A DNA stretch of 64,000 nucleotides from Kondoa subrosea (taxonomy: Eukaryota). Below the pieces are notes generated by a model, which saw only the letters and a program-made list of their open reading frames with translations, made no database searches and was not told where the DNA came from. A program made the position numbers and the translations under genes. The stretch spans positions 124,001 to 188,000 of the forward strand of contig BCIN01000001.1 of assembly GCA_039545335.1 (NCBI GenBank), in the 5' to 3' direction. Positions 1-15,534 of this stretch are shown here, piece by piece. Position 1 is the first letter of the stretch. The number at the start of each line of letters is the position of its first letter.

Positions 1-114
1 AAGCAGAAGCAAAAGAAGAAGAAGAAAACAGGGAAGAAGACTACTAAGAGCAAGAAGAGCGCTGACGGACAAGGCTTGAGGAAGTGGTTGCCGACATTTG
101 GGTCCGGGAAGTGA
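1..114 (+). CDS. 3' end of a gene entering the window (Lys-rich C-terminus)
   Basis: Frame 1 is open from base 1 (KQKQKKKKKTGKK...LRKWLPTFGSGK*) and is followed by AATAAA and an AT-rich tract. The frame is not certain. Confidence 0.35.
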   Translation, partial: KQKQKKKKKTGKKTTKSKKSADGQGLRKWLPTFGSGK

Positions 115-397
115 ATAAAAAGTAATAAAGTCGTTTAAGGGGATGTATTACAATTGTACAACTTGTTGTATTTGCATCATATATACACTTGAATTCGAAG
201 CTGCTTGCGAACGATTTAGGCGATTGCCTTGATAATCTAAAATTGACCGTGCCAACATTGCTGGGCGATGCTGATTTGTACACATGAGCAATGAAACGAA
301 AAGGGACGTGGAGACTTACGATATGGAGACCGAATCAGGATCCAAAAATTATGGCCTGTCCAACACTTGGCCCAAATTCCATGATTCCGTCTAAAAC

Positions 398-1129
398 TCA
401 ACACCTTGCCGTTTTCCTCCTCCTATTGTTCGGCCTCCCATCTACCGCAACAGCCAGATTCTTCCCATGCAATCCCATATCGTGCAAAATGCTTGGAGTC
501 CCTGACCTCGGCCGACAATCGCTTTCCTGTTTTGGTGATCTTATTTGTTCGGAGGCTGATCCAGGATGACAGAGAGGTTCCGATGTAGAAGAAGAAAGGG
601 AAGAAGGTGAAGCAGGAGGGGAAGAAAGTCGTTTGGCTGCTTTTGCTATTGGACAAGTCGCACGTTTGAAGTAAAGTTTCTTTGGTGATTTGCACGTAGA
701 ATTCGTAGAAGGGATGATGAGAGGTGTTAGAGAAGTTTGCTGAGAGGCTGGAGGGGAAGTATGCCTTCTGATCTTGCTGAAATGTTGCTTGCAGGTCGAC
801 TGCTTGATCTCGGCCGGGTTAGTGATGTCTTTTATATACGGAACCAGTGGTGCTTCGTCCACTAGCGTTGTATCTGAGGAGAAGGAGATGATGGAAGGGG
901 CCTTCTTGGGTTCTTGCTCTGAAAAATGTACTGAAAGAGTAGAAGATGTTGTCGAAGTGGAAGAAACCTTGCGGACTGGAGCAGGGCGAGGTCGTTGATC
1001 ACTTGCAGATCTGGTGACTTTGACAGGAAAGAGCAGACGATAGACCGACTGGATGATGCCTAAGCAGGACAGATACAAAGAGTAGAAATAAATTTTAGCT
1101 GAAAGGGAGCTGTTCTGTGGCTGCTGCAT
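398..1129 (-). CDS. hypothetical Ser/Pro-rich protein with an N-terminal hydrophobic segment
   Basis: Long ORF; first ATG at 1129 (MQQPQNSSLSAKIYFYSLYLSCLGIIQSVYRLLFPV), followed by a low-complexity region. Confidence 0.55.
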   Translation of the reverse strand: MQQPQNSSLSAKIYFYSLYLSCLGIIQSVYRLLFPVKVTRSASDQRPRPAPVRKVSSTSTTSSTLSVHFSEQEPKKAPSIISFSSDTTLVDEAPLVPYIKDITNPAEIKQSTCKQHFSKIRRHTSPPASQQTSLTPLIIPSTNSTCKSPKKLYFKRATCPIAKAAKRLSSPPASPSSLSSSTSEPLCHPGSASEQIRSPKQESDCRPRSGTPSILHDMGLHGKNLAVAVDGRPNNRRRKTARC

Positions 1130-2269
1130 CGCGTGCGCTATGAGTTGAGCAGGATTGGTGGTCCAGAGAGAAAGCAACAGGGTGAAATCTGAGAACGGAC
1201 TAGGCGAGGCCGAAGAGATGCGAATCTGATTACTTTCCTCGGTTTTCGGATTCTGTGATGACCGCTGTGCCGAGCTTGAAACACGCAGGAGACCGCTTCT
1301 ATTCCAGTCTGTAGTGTCGTCGCGAGAAGAGAGACGAAAACCAACTTTACTCAGCAAATTCCTACTTCAGCTAAGCTGGGCGCCGTGTTCCCGCTTATTA
1401 AGTCGAGACACGTGTTAAGAAGAGTCATCTGAGATGGTTGCTCAGAAAGCATGAGTACAACAACGTGTCACGTTCATAGACAGATCGCAGCTGTCAGTGC
1501 GTGAGCTGACAGATTACAGCTTCAAATGAGGAAGTTATAGTCTTTTGTCTGATCTGATCCATTTGTTGAATTACCTGCAGGCCACGGATGGTGCCCGATC
1601 GGTATAACACAAGCGATTGTCAGCTTCTCTCTTAGGTTAGCCACGAGAGTACTATTGACTATTTGTACATCTTCCGAAAGTGATGCTGACGAGAGAGCGA
1701 AACCTTGCGAACCCTGCGTGTGGCCCCAAAGATACACATAGTGGTGCAGTCACAGAAATAATGAAAGATCATCATGCCCAGCAGGGCAACAATCGCAAGT
1801 CCACAAATAGCAAGACAAGAGCTTTACGGTGCATGGACACGCTGCAAACAGTACAATCTGCGACACGCTTTGAGGAAGGAGAAGAAGAAGAAGAAGAGAC
1901 GCGGGGCTTCTATGATGCCTCAGATCTCCACAGCAACTTTAAGTGGTGAAGGAGACTGGAAAAGAACACATTTGCTGCATAAACCAGAGATTTGCTCTTG
2001 TGCGCATACAAAAGGGAGGAACGGAAGCCATCATCGCTATTGTGTGATTGCGAGCATTCCTCCTTTGCAATGAATTTCAACCAAATCTCAAGCTCTTTAC
2101 AGTCGCTGCCTCCCTTCGCGTGATCTTTTCAATGGCTTCTCCTATCATCCGAGTACTGACGCGTACACTGCAGGTATCATTCAACTGGTATATTTTTACA
2201 AGGTATTCGTTTGCGGACAAGCTGTGCGAAATACACTTTGACTTCTCAAGCCACAACCAAGACGATTGG

Positions 2270-3637
2270 ATGGCGCTCCGGTCGCTGAGCAGGAGCATCT
2301 TTGCCTGCTGTAAACGACTGGAAAGATGGGGTGATACGGTAATTGGCAAGACAGGCCCTGCCTTTGTCACTCTAGCGTCTATCCTTCTCTTTCTCTGCGT
2401 GATCACTTACTTCGATGTCGTCTTCCGGGATGTCTTCTTACAACCCAATACTCCCTTGCCAATCACTCTCTTCGGCTTCTTCCTCTCTATCTACCTTGTC
2501 TATTCATTCGCTTTTCACTACTATATGAGCTGTACTACATCAGCAGGCTCACCAAGAGATATCTCAAGACCTACTACGAATTATAATCTGGCAAGATATT
2601 TCCTGGTCAAACATAAGACAAAACGACAAGCTGCAGTCAAAGCGTTTCAACAACGCAAACAAAGTCAAATGATGCCTGTTAACGATGCTTCACTAGAGTA
2701 TCAGCAGAGAACACAAAGGAGTCAAGCGAGGACATGTAGGAAATGCGAAAAGATCGATGGAAAGGAAGCAAGTAAGCCTGAAAGAGCGCACCATTGCAGG
2801 ATATGCGGTACTTGTTTGTAAGCAGTTCATCTATGTACTCTATAAAATCGCTCATCAAGCGTCAGCTACAAATATGATCATCACTGTGTCAGTCGGCAAA
2901 TGCGTTGCAGCTGAATCCAGCTTGATTTCGTTTGCCTTTCTTGACAGGTCTGGCTAAATGCTTGTGTTGGACTTGGCAATGAGCGCTATTTTGTCCTCTT
3001 CATGTCTTATCTATCCTTCTCCTGTGTACTGGCGTGTGTTTTCGGCTGGCGTACGATGTGGTTGATGTTTGATTGGGAATACGAAGTGAGGTCTTTCTTA
3101 CCACTTTACTCACCTATATGGGCTTAGCAGCTCTCGAACAGTGGGAAGATCATTATTACACGCCCAAAATCTTCACTCTTCTTTTATTCGTACTTGCTGC
3201 AGTAATGGGTTTCGCTCTAGGCATTATGGCACTTTGGCAATTGCGTTTGATATCGAAAGCAGAAACATCAGTGGAGAGTTCAGACAACGAGTGGGTGATA
3301 CTGAATTGATTTCAGTTGCAGCCTATCTAAGCGCTGTGTGGTAGGTATTATCGGAAGCTGGCAAAAAGCAGAGGGAAGAAGTTCATCAACCCTTACAATC
3401 AAGGTATCAAGAAGAACTTACAACTCTTTTTCAACATAGCACCAATGGGAAAATAGTGGGTTTGATTAGAGGTCGATCTACCCATCGGCTCATCAGTCTA
3501 TCAGTCATCCTTTATCGATTCTCGTCCCTGTCCCATTTCCACCTGCTGAAGATGGATGGAATTGGCAGAAGACGGAAGGATGGGAAAGTGCAGGGATCAG
3601 CTACGATGAAGAATTAACGGACGAGGATGACATTTGA
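2270..3637 (+). CDS. DHHC palmitoyltransferase (multi-exon; alternative start at 2132)
   Basis: CRKC...KPERAHHCRICGTC, then spliced [22 protein letters not shown], TM helices, the ETSVE motif and NPYNQG..KNLQLFF. Confidence 0.9.
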
Positions 3638-3688
3638 GGGAACAAGGCATATATTTTGCATTATATACCTAGCATAACGATAACGATT

Positions 3689-6486
<2,798 letters not shown>

Positions 6487-6563
6487 GTCGACGTTTGGAA
6501 TTGAGATTTCTGAGAAGGTTTATTTTGGACAGCGAAGTCAGAGCGTGGCTGCTCCGGCCTTCA

Positions 6564-8177
6564 ATGCCCAGCGATATAGAGAAGAGCTCTAATCCGCCTT
6601 CTCTGATTGGTCGAATATGGTTGGCTTTCTCTCGTCTTGGACTTGCATCAGCAGAACAGCTGACTTGTGCTCAAGGGTTACTGGAACTGTCTGCCTCATT
6701 TCTTTCATCGCATACACGTCTCAGCTCTTCATCCTGCTGCCTTCATATCCTTATGACCATGCTTACTTGTTCAAACATCTGCTTCCATTGTTTGTCATCA
6801 ATGCTTTGACACTCTTGATCCATCCATTGATGCTCTGAATAGTAATCTCCTTGTTCTCCTCATCTTCCACAACTATTACAAGTGCGTCATAACAGATCCA
6901 GGCAGTGTTCCGAAAGGATGGGTCAGTACTTCTGGATATTTGCTTCCTTGCTTCTCATACTCAAGCATACATTGTTGTTCAGGTCCCTCCCGTAGATGAA
7001 ACATTCGAAGAGGTAGTAGAAGTCAAGCGTCTAACGAACGGATCACGCTACTGTCGAATGTGTCAAGCTTACAAACCTCCTCGCGCACACCACTGCAGGC
7101 AGTGTAAGCGTTGTGTGCTGAAAATGGATCATCACTGTCGTAAGTTTTGATACTTTGGACAGATACTTGGCAAATACTGAATGCTGAGTTTCTAGCTTGG
7201 GTGAATAACTGTATTGGACATCACAATCTCGCTCATTTCTATCGATTCCTCTTCTATGTCGACATAACCTGCTCTTACCACGTCTATTTGGTAACTTGCT
7301 CTATTTTTCAATACCGGACTCGAGAACCTTCAGATTTCTATACCGGTTTTCTCATTGCAAATTATGCAACTTGTCTACCCGTCTTACTTGCCGTGGGATT
7401 GTTCTCGCTGTATCATTTCTGGTGTTTGATCAGTAACACAACAACGATCGAAGGTTGGGAAAAAGACAAAGCCGCTGTTTTGAGAAGAAAGGGGAAAATA
7501 AAAGAAATCAAGTATCCATACGATTTGGGTTGCTTAAGTAACATAAGAGCTATCTTGGGAGAGAAAGTAATATGGTGGTGTTGGCCTCAAGAATCAAAGG
7601 GTGATGGGTTGCATTATGAAACTGGAAGAAACGTCAGTAAGTGGCTTTCCTCCGTGGACGAAGAAGACTCTGTGCCTTTGGTCGGAGACGATCGAAACGT
7701 GTGATATACGACAGTAAGTCGAACTCTACTTATTATCAGTGCAAAGAATGATTGCCTTGATGACAGGCAGTAGCTGATTTGTCTTGTCTTCCTGCAACAG
7801 ATCCACTCGAACAATACTACTGGCCGCCTGTTGATAATTCAGTAAGAAATCGGCCGTTTAGACCAGCTGCAGCATTCACCTATGGTAATGGATTGAACCC
7901 CGCGCTATACAAGAAACCTTCCGCTTCCACTTTACCTCCTTATCATCCTGATTACGTAGCGCCTGGAAGCGAGGACGAAGACGACATGCCTCTTGCACAA
8001 CTTCATACTCGCAGAGGATCATTTGGGGAGACCGAAGTTCAGGCTGTGGACAGAGAAGCGCTGCTGTATCCGTATCAGAATCGATTGCGTGAAAGCGTAC
8101 CCAATGTGCTGGCTCAAGATAGGTACAATGTCTATGAGGCCGAAGAGTATTCGGATGACTCGTGGGATTCCGATTAG
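6564..8177 (+). CDS. PFA4: DHHC palmitoyltransferase, Pfa4-like
   Basis: Spliced MPSDIEK...[76 protein letters not shown]. Confidence 0.85.
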
Positions 8178-8228
8178 AGAGGATACATCGTTGTAAATAT
8201 ACCACCTCACAGCATAGAACTTTCATCA

Positions 8229-10571
8229 TTACATTCCCGCTTTAGTAACAAACACTCTATATACTTCTTCCGCTTGATCCGTCCCAAGCACTTTAGCCCC
8301 AATCTCTAAAGTCGATGTTCCTTCACCCAATTGCAACGAAAACTTTCCGGCTAATCCTTCATCAACGATTCTCCCCATGTTGATTTCTTTGCAAACGACA
8401 CCAGAAGGTCTAGCTTCGACCCGAAATTCATACTTGGGTAACTTGATTGATCCTTTTGGGGGACTAGGACCACTGACTTTCGCTCGACCAGCTCGAGTCT
8501 TCGGTAATGCTGCTTCGTTCTCTATATCCAAATCCATAGCACTGTCGGTAGTCGTTTGACACCAAGCTTCAAATTCAATCAAGGTAGTATCGGCTGAAAC
8601 GAGTAATGTGTGCTGCCGAGCTAAAGAATTGATCAGTTCTCTTGTTTTGGGTTCTTGATCTTGTTTGTACATGGAAGCGATGAAATAGTGTATGCCTAAG
8701 ACATTGGTGCCATATGAATACAAAAATAGCACATGGTCAAATCCTTCGACTTACTCGGTTTCGATGCATTCCCGTAGATACTCTGCGCAAGTATTCGAGC
8801 TGCAGCAGGTTCGAAAATTGGTGCAGGTGCGAATTCTTCTTGTTTAATTTGGGGAGAGCGCTTATATGGATTGAAGTTTTGCTGGGAAGATACAGGATGA
8901 AGAGTTGGACTAGCTCGTAGAGATCCGTTAGCAGCAGGAGGAGGTAGAAGTCCAGCTTCAGATACATCGCCATCTTCTACCTCCGTCATCCCTGGAGATT
9001 CGCCAACTGGTGTATCGATAGCAGGTGTGCTCAGTTCGGGTAAATCAGGAGTGAAGACTGGTGCAGCACTGGTACTAGTCTGGCCGCCAAGCCTGAGTGT
9101 TAGTTTGTGATCAGAAGCATTAGCCGCTGGCGCTGCTTTCTGCTTCTCCTTCTTTTCTGATTTGCTCATGAAAGAAGGAGGTTGTTCTTTCATAATGTCT
9201 GCAAAAGCGCGCTGCCAAGCACACATCTATCAGAGTTAAGTACGAGCAAGGCTTCTTGACAAACTTCAAGGTAGGCTGCATCTTTCCAAACTCGAGCTTG
9301 TTCCGAATTGTAATACTTTGCATTCGCAAGCATATGATTTACATCAGCTATGAAAGCATGATGATCCGGGTATTGTTTCTTCTTGATCCTGTCCTGTAAA
9401 AAGAGGTTGGTCCCGCGCTGTCATCAGAAGGCGAAACATACCTTGATCGTAGCTATTGCTATCGGATGGGTGATGACTTGATAATAATCTGGAAAGAATT
9501 CTTCTGAAGGTAGTTCCATGAAATGCTCAGTGTAAGGTCGACCTCTGGCAGAAAGTCAATATCAGCTTTGGCTGCGTGACTGGATTGTGCGACGTACTGG
9601 GGATCTACAACTTCTATAAGCTTCTTGATTCGTCCATTTAACCAGCTCTTTAAAGTAGGCCCTTTCTTATCTTTCTTCTGCTTTTTACTCGAAGGTCTCT
9701 CATCTTCTTCATCATCCTCCTCAGTAGCTTGGCCAGTCAAGTGTGACCAATACACTTTCAGCTTCTTGTGTAGTTTCTTGGCGTCTAGAAAGATAGGCGA
9801 GCCAGGCATGTTGTACCGTTTTGCATTCACAAACCTTTAGGGCATTACAATTCAGGAAAAAGAAGATGTATGAGATCGCAAAGCTCACATTTGGTTGAAA
9901 TCATCCTTCACAGCATACATAGATGCATATTCGCCCTTATCAAGCTTTGTCCGAATGTCATCGAACGCAATAGGTTTCTTGATGAGTTGGTCTGCCTGAT
10001 ATAAGCTAGAGGAATCTACTCCTATATTTGACTCACAATAGTCTGGGAAGTACTTGCGACCTGGTAAGGTCAGAAAGTCAATGCTTAGCTGCCTTCCGCT
10101 GTTGCGAACACATTAGAACATCATAGCACAACTTCAAGAGAAACACATACTCTTCTTCGTAAGTCAATAGGTTTGTATAGAGTTTGTTACCCTCTATCTT
10201 GGTGTATCCACGGTCTCGTAGCTGGGCTTCAAGGCTTGTATCGATTTGAGCTTTGATGCGTGTCAAAGGCTAAAGAGGGAAATGCACGTCAACCATCTGC
10301 CTGACGATACAACATTTTCCAGGTACAGACGCGCCTCCTTTTGGAGCGCGCGAGGCAGAAATTGAAGATGTGTTTTCGCAAACCAAACTTCGAATCTCTT
10401 CCAAAGCACAACAAAATAGAGAAACCGAGCCAGAGAGTGGCCTACCTTGTTGTCTTCTACTCCATTCTGTGACTCTTCTGTCCTGCGACGCTTTTCAGGC
10501 AAGATATTGCTGGTATCCAAACCCGATTCGGTTTTGATGAGTGGTTTGGCTGTCTCGCTCGTTGTGGCCAT
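8229..10571 (-). CDS. tandem-bromodomain chromatin remodelling (RSC, Rsc4/Rsc1-like) subunit
   Basis: Two bromodomains after splicing (FLTLPGRKYFPDY..IKKPIAFD..NAKRYNMPGSPIFLDA; FMELPSEEFFPDYYQVITHP..NAKYYN) and a C-terminal beta-rich domain. No BAH domain was seen. Confidence 0.8.
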
Positions 10572-11071
10572 GCTGGATGCGTTTGTGCTCGCTGTGGGAA
10601 GCCCTGTGTGTGTCGAGAACACGGCACGCTAATATTTATCTTCGTCTATTTGACATGAACTCTCATCACAACACTGCATCCCTAAACGCCACTTTTGGTA
10701 TCTTTGACATTCTCCCCTCTGCAGTGTCCTATATCTATATACGTTCTGCTCCTGCTATCCCCTTGCCTTGCACGCGTGAGAGCCCGCAACAGAGCTCTTT
10801 CGCGAATGGTTTATATTAGACCTAGTCGCTCTCCACACACACGACTCTCTGCCAATCTTGATGCACTCGGTTACTTGGAAGTGTTGACGTCTACTTGCAG
10901 TGCGATCATTTTTGGCGCTTCACTGATCTCCTGCAATTTTATCGTCGGAGCCAAGCTCGCTGTATGGGCTCAAGTATTGCGACAGAACAAGTAATGAACG
11001 AATCAATCTGAATATACTACAAGAACAAAGGGATAGATCACGTCACACAATCTACTTGCCTCTCTCATTCC

Positions 11072-11632
11072 CTAAGTTGTCTTTCCGTACTCGACTAAAC
11101 CAATGCTATCGCAGCTATTAAAGAGATGTCGCTTAGTCAGCTCTTGCTACATTCAAAAACAGCTTCAGATACCTGGAAGAGAAGCATATACCAGTCTTTG
11201 CATCTCTTGGATCACTGGAGCTGATACGAGAACCCTCGCACAGGGCGTTTGTCCACAGCATTTGATCGGTATCTATCGCATAGCAATATCGTTGATATAC
11301 TGACAGTGAAATGGCAGGAAGAGTCGACGTACATTCATCAGCCTCGAACCAGTAGCTCTTGACTGAGGGGTCCAAATTTGAGAAATCGATCGAAGCCGTT
11401 TCTCCTGGATTAATACTTCGGATCATTCAATAGGACGTTCATGCAAACGCAACTTCACTTACAGGGATAAGTTCAGGTTAGGGTCAGAAGTGCTATATAC
11501 TTTGAAGGACGAGTCGGCATTGCCCGCTGAAGATGGAGCACCAGGACAGTTATAGTCCTGGAAGACTTTGATGCGGATGTCGGCAGAAGTCATGCCAAAG
11601 AGGAGTGCAGTTGCAATAAAAGAAGTCTTCAT
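11072..11632 (-). CDS. small secreted 4-Cys protein, paralog A (4 exons)
   Basis: Signal peptide MKTSFIATALLFGMTSA; spliced product ...IKVFQDYNCPG...SYWFEADEYTDQMLWTNALCEG...GICFSSSCDSIGLVEYGKTT*; intron positions shared with paralog B. Confidence 0.8.
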
Positions 11633-12202
11633 GATGGAAATGATAGGTTGCTTATGAGAGAAGAGAAGAGAAGAGAGAAGAGCTAATAACACAATAGTCC
11701 CTGAACACGGAAGTTGTCATCTGTCTTGAAGCAGAATCCATCATCTGTCCGCCCTTTGTTTCTCGCAAGTCATCTAAAGCTGACGAATTAACCAAATCAG
11801 CTGACATCGTACGTCGTATGGATTAAGAGATTCGTAGAAGAGCAAAACTAGGGACGCAGAAGACTGCTTGAGAGGCAGTTTTGCTTCAGAATCCTTGAAA
11901 GAGCCGAGAACAGAGATATGATATCATCGCAAGAGCGAGAGGAATCGGAAGCCAGCCTGCTTGCAGTGGACAATGTCTCTGCTTGAAGGCTGGCCTTGAC
12001 AATCAGAGAGTTAGTAATTACACCAAACAAGAGATAGAAAAATGGGGAGAAGCACAAGTAATACATAGTAGCATCGGAATAAGAACCGACTGAATTACAA
12101 GCGAGTAAGGGTGACTTGCGCTCTAGTTATCATCAGCCTAAGTCAGGGAATATATCTTGATAGCTCACTGCTGCAAATGTACCCGCTTGACATGCCGGAC
12201 TT

Positions 12203-12794
12203 CTACTGATTCTTCGCATATACAATGAGATCGATACTGCCGCAACTGAAAGGAAGCAACCAGTGAATAAGCAGCAGAACAAGCAAAGACAGCTCAGAGA
12301 CACCTACTTAGCAGAAGAAACGCAAACACCAGTCGTCGCATCCTTGACATCGCTGTAGATATCCGTCTGACCCTGAGGTGCATCTTCGCATGCGAACTTG
12401 GTCCAGAGTGTCTGAGCGGTATCTGCATCAACGTATTGTCAGTCAATGTCACCACAAGCAAGGCAAATAAAGATAAACCAACATTCATCCGCCTCGAACC
12501 AATAACTCTTTACAGTAGATGCACCACCAATCCCTGCACTCACATCAAAAGAAGCTGTTTGTCCTGCGTCGACGCTACGACTCGCGCCAGTAAAGTTCAA
12601 AAGCGGAGCATCACTTCAACTCACGGAACGAGTTCTGCGTTGGAGCCAAACATTGAAAACGTGGCGAAAGAAGCATCAGGGTGACCGTCCGAAGCAGGAG
12701 TTCCCGGACAATTTTCATCTTGAAACAATTTGATACGAACGTCGGCGTGCACCAATCCAAAGAGGAGTGCAGTTGCAATAAAAGAAGTCTTCAT
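12203..12794 (-). CDS. small secreted 4-Cys protein, paralog B (4 exons)
   Basis: MKTSFIATALLFGLVHADVRIKLFQDENCPG...SYWFEADEYTAQTLWTKFACED...TGVCVSSANCGSIDLIVYAKNQ*. Poorly captured by the ORF track; recovered by splicing. Confidence 0.8.
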
Positions 12795-13277
12795 GATAGA
12801 CAGAATAGGTAATGAGAGAAGAGAGGAGGAAGAAATAGAAATTCAATCGTCGCTTGGTACGGAAGTTGTCATCTGTCTTCGGGCAGAAGTTCTAGTCTGT
12901 TCGCCCTTTGTTCATCTTAGTCAGTAGAGATGTGTCACTGTTGGGTACTCAGGTAGCATTCGAATGTCGTACGGACTAGAGGATGCGCCAAAAACACACA
13001 TAATGGCAGAACTTCAAGAGTCTACCCAAAGAAGCAAATTTGCATGAAAACAGTTCGACAAGCTGAGAAGCCAAAGACCGCATATAATCAAGATGAGCTA
13101 CGATAATGGAAGGGATACTACGGAAAGAGAGATAGCTTGGATTCTGTACACGAAAATCTCGAAATCTCGATGATACAGCAGTCGTCAAGTTAGCAGCCTT
13201 TGTTGGAAAGATAGATCGATGAACACAAGGAGCCAGTAATATTAGGTTGTAGCCATAGTAAGGGCAATTTTGTTGAG

Positions 13278-14234
13278 TTAGAAGCCAGTAGAGATGACTG
13301 AAGATGCTGAAGTCAGCTACTCTCTTTAGAACGCATTCGTAGACTTACTGTCGTAGATGTTCTTGCATGACATGCCGAGAAGCTGTTTACAAATCATCAT
13401 GAGCGGGTAGATCTTAAAGCAAATTGAGAATAGACTGACTCCGAACAAGCCAATATAGCCGAATACACCTCTCATTCTGTTTGAAGCCACACCGGTCGAA
13501 TAACCCTGAGTATAAGCTACGCAGATGGAATAAGCTGTTATTCAAGCCAGCCCAAAACGCTGACCCAATCTTCCAGCTAGGTAGATGGCACCAGCAGCAG
13601 CGGCAGCACGAGGATAGACCAAACCAGAAGTGAAGAGTAAAGTGATGTAACCAGGTATGTTCTAGTCATATTCTATTCAGCTTATTTGTGATCTCGTGTG
13701 AAATACAAAGTTCACCTCAAGAGTATTTTGATGCTATACGCGGATCAGACGAATCTGGTATAGTAGATGGTACAGACGCACAGCTCTTTGGGTGCACCTG
13801 TCGAAAACAAAGTCAGCTCTGGCGGATCACCAGCATCAAGGAACTGACCAGTACTGCATCACTGTTTCAAAACCAAGTCAGCTCTGACGGATTGTAAGCG
13901 CAAAGCAACTGACTTTTTGGCTCTTTCAATTGTTCCGCGGATGGTTCCATCTGAGGATAGGTAACGCCAGAGCTTTTACGAGCTTTGCCAACTAAAGTCT
14001 GTCGATCACACAGATGCAAGGAATAAGTATCGTTCTAGCGCAATATTTGGGCGAGTGGGCGAGCACTCAAGCACCTGTTGGTATAAGTTCAGCAACACAG
14101 GTGCCACAGATCCCATAAGCAGGACATAGCCAAAGTCTATAGTGAGGAAATGGATTGCAAATCAGAGGAGTCACACAGGCAGACGAGCAGAAGTTCAGCC
14201 GACCAGAGGGAATTGCGAATGTAGTAACAGGCAT
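13278..14234 (-). CDS. MAPEG family microsomal glutathione S-transferase (MGST3-like)
   Basis: Spliced VGKARKSSGVTYPQ...CTQRAHQNTLENIPGY..LLFTSGLVYP...YTQGYSTG...NRMRG; many short exons. Confidence 0.85.
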
Positions 14235-14450
14235 GGTAACAGGTCAATATAGCAAGTGGTAGTGCAAGATTGGGAGCAGTTATAGAAAATCAACGCGCGT
14301 TCGGTATACAGTCATCGGGCGAGATATGGATCTCGGTCTGCTGAATCATGGCAATTACAACAGTAAAGATGCCCTCTATATGGTGACTGCAGCTGCTATT
14401 GTGTGGTACATTCCAGAACGCCATGAAAATGAGAAAAATGCATAATTCAT

Positions 14451-15379
14451 TCAGAGCTTGACCTCTGCAAACGCCAATTAGCGCATTCTGACGCTGCAGA
14501 TGAGGAGTACGTACCCTTCAAGCCGTCTTTCCAAAAAGTACTAATTTGCCCGGAAGAAATCATCATCTGTCAAATGGAAGCCAGACGAAAACTCACAAGT
14601 ATGGACTGTAATCGAGCGAAAGATAGTCAGCTCAAGAACAGTACACTAGTCCGACTCGACTTACGTTGTGCCATCCTCACGGTAATTGAGTAAAGCAACC
14701 ATGCCATCAGGGTTCATGCCTTCTCCAGTGTAGAATTCATAATCGCCAAAGTTGCCGACGACCTTTTTAGCGAACGCAGCTGCGCCCTTTTCGAAAGCTG
14801 CTACTCTGTCGGGATTGGTTTCCTGAAGTTTCGCTTTGATGCCCTTCATGTAGCCCTAGATTCGTTACCAATTTGTCTAAAGTCAATTCTTTCTGCTATA
14901 GTTCCAGCAAATGAAAAGACCAACCTTGAGATATGTGAGGTAGGACTTCTTATCGAAGCTGGTGCTTGTAAGACGGAAAGAATGGACAATGTTGTTAACC
15001 GTCTCAGCTCCATTTTCAAGAGCTTCAGCTTGTTCTCTGTGCAATTTAACCAGTCTTGAGCTGATAGACCAGCAAGCATGCCTTAACGCACTCAGCTGAA
15101 GGGTTTCCACCGATATCGACTTCACCCTCTTGCACGACAATCATAGCACAGTTGACCTGGAGATTCCAGTACTTCAGCCCAGCAGCATCTCCCCCAGACA
15201 AATGGAGCGCACCTCATAGACAATGTCATCCTTCTCTTCCATAGGGTAGGCATCACTAAAAACAAAGTTGCAAAAGAAATGCGAATTGGCAAACGTTCTA
15301 TCCCCTTGAGCTTGAAGTATTGCGCGAGGACTCACGAGCAGAGCTCATCGCCAGAGATAACATCGGTATACAATAACAT
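14451..15379 (-). CDS. TMA19: translationally controlled tumor protein
   Basis: [61 protein letters not shown]. Confidence 0.95.
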
Positions 15380-15534
15380 GCTGGGAAGTAAGGAAACGAG
15401 ATGAAGCTTGGGAAAAGATTTTCGTAAAGGTTTGGCAAGCTCCTCGCGGCAAAATGTCTCGGATGTCGGAACTACAACAACATCTCAAAAGACTGTTTTG
15501 AACGTAACAGAAGACGCCGTTGCTATTTGGACAA

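Noticed and set aside
1451..2073. Overlapping short ORFs with a (GAA)n run (poly-Glu or poly-Lys)
   Set aside because: No consistent exon model or recognisable motif; could be UTR or intergenic.
11848..13188. Short minus-strand ORFs upstream of each secreted-protein paralog as a second duplicated gene
   Set aside because: The two ORFs show no convincing similarity to each other.
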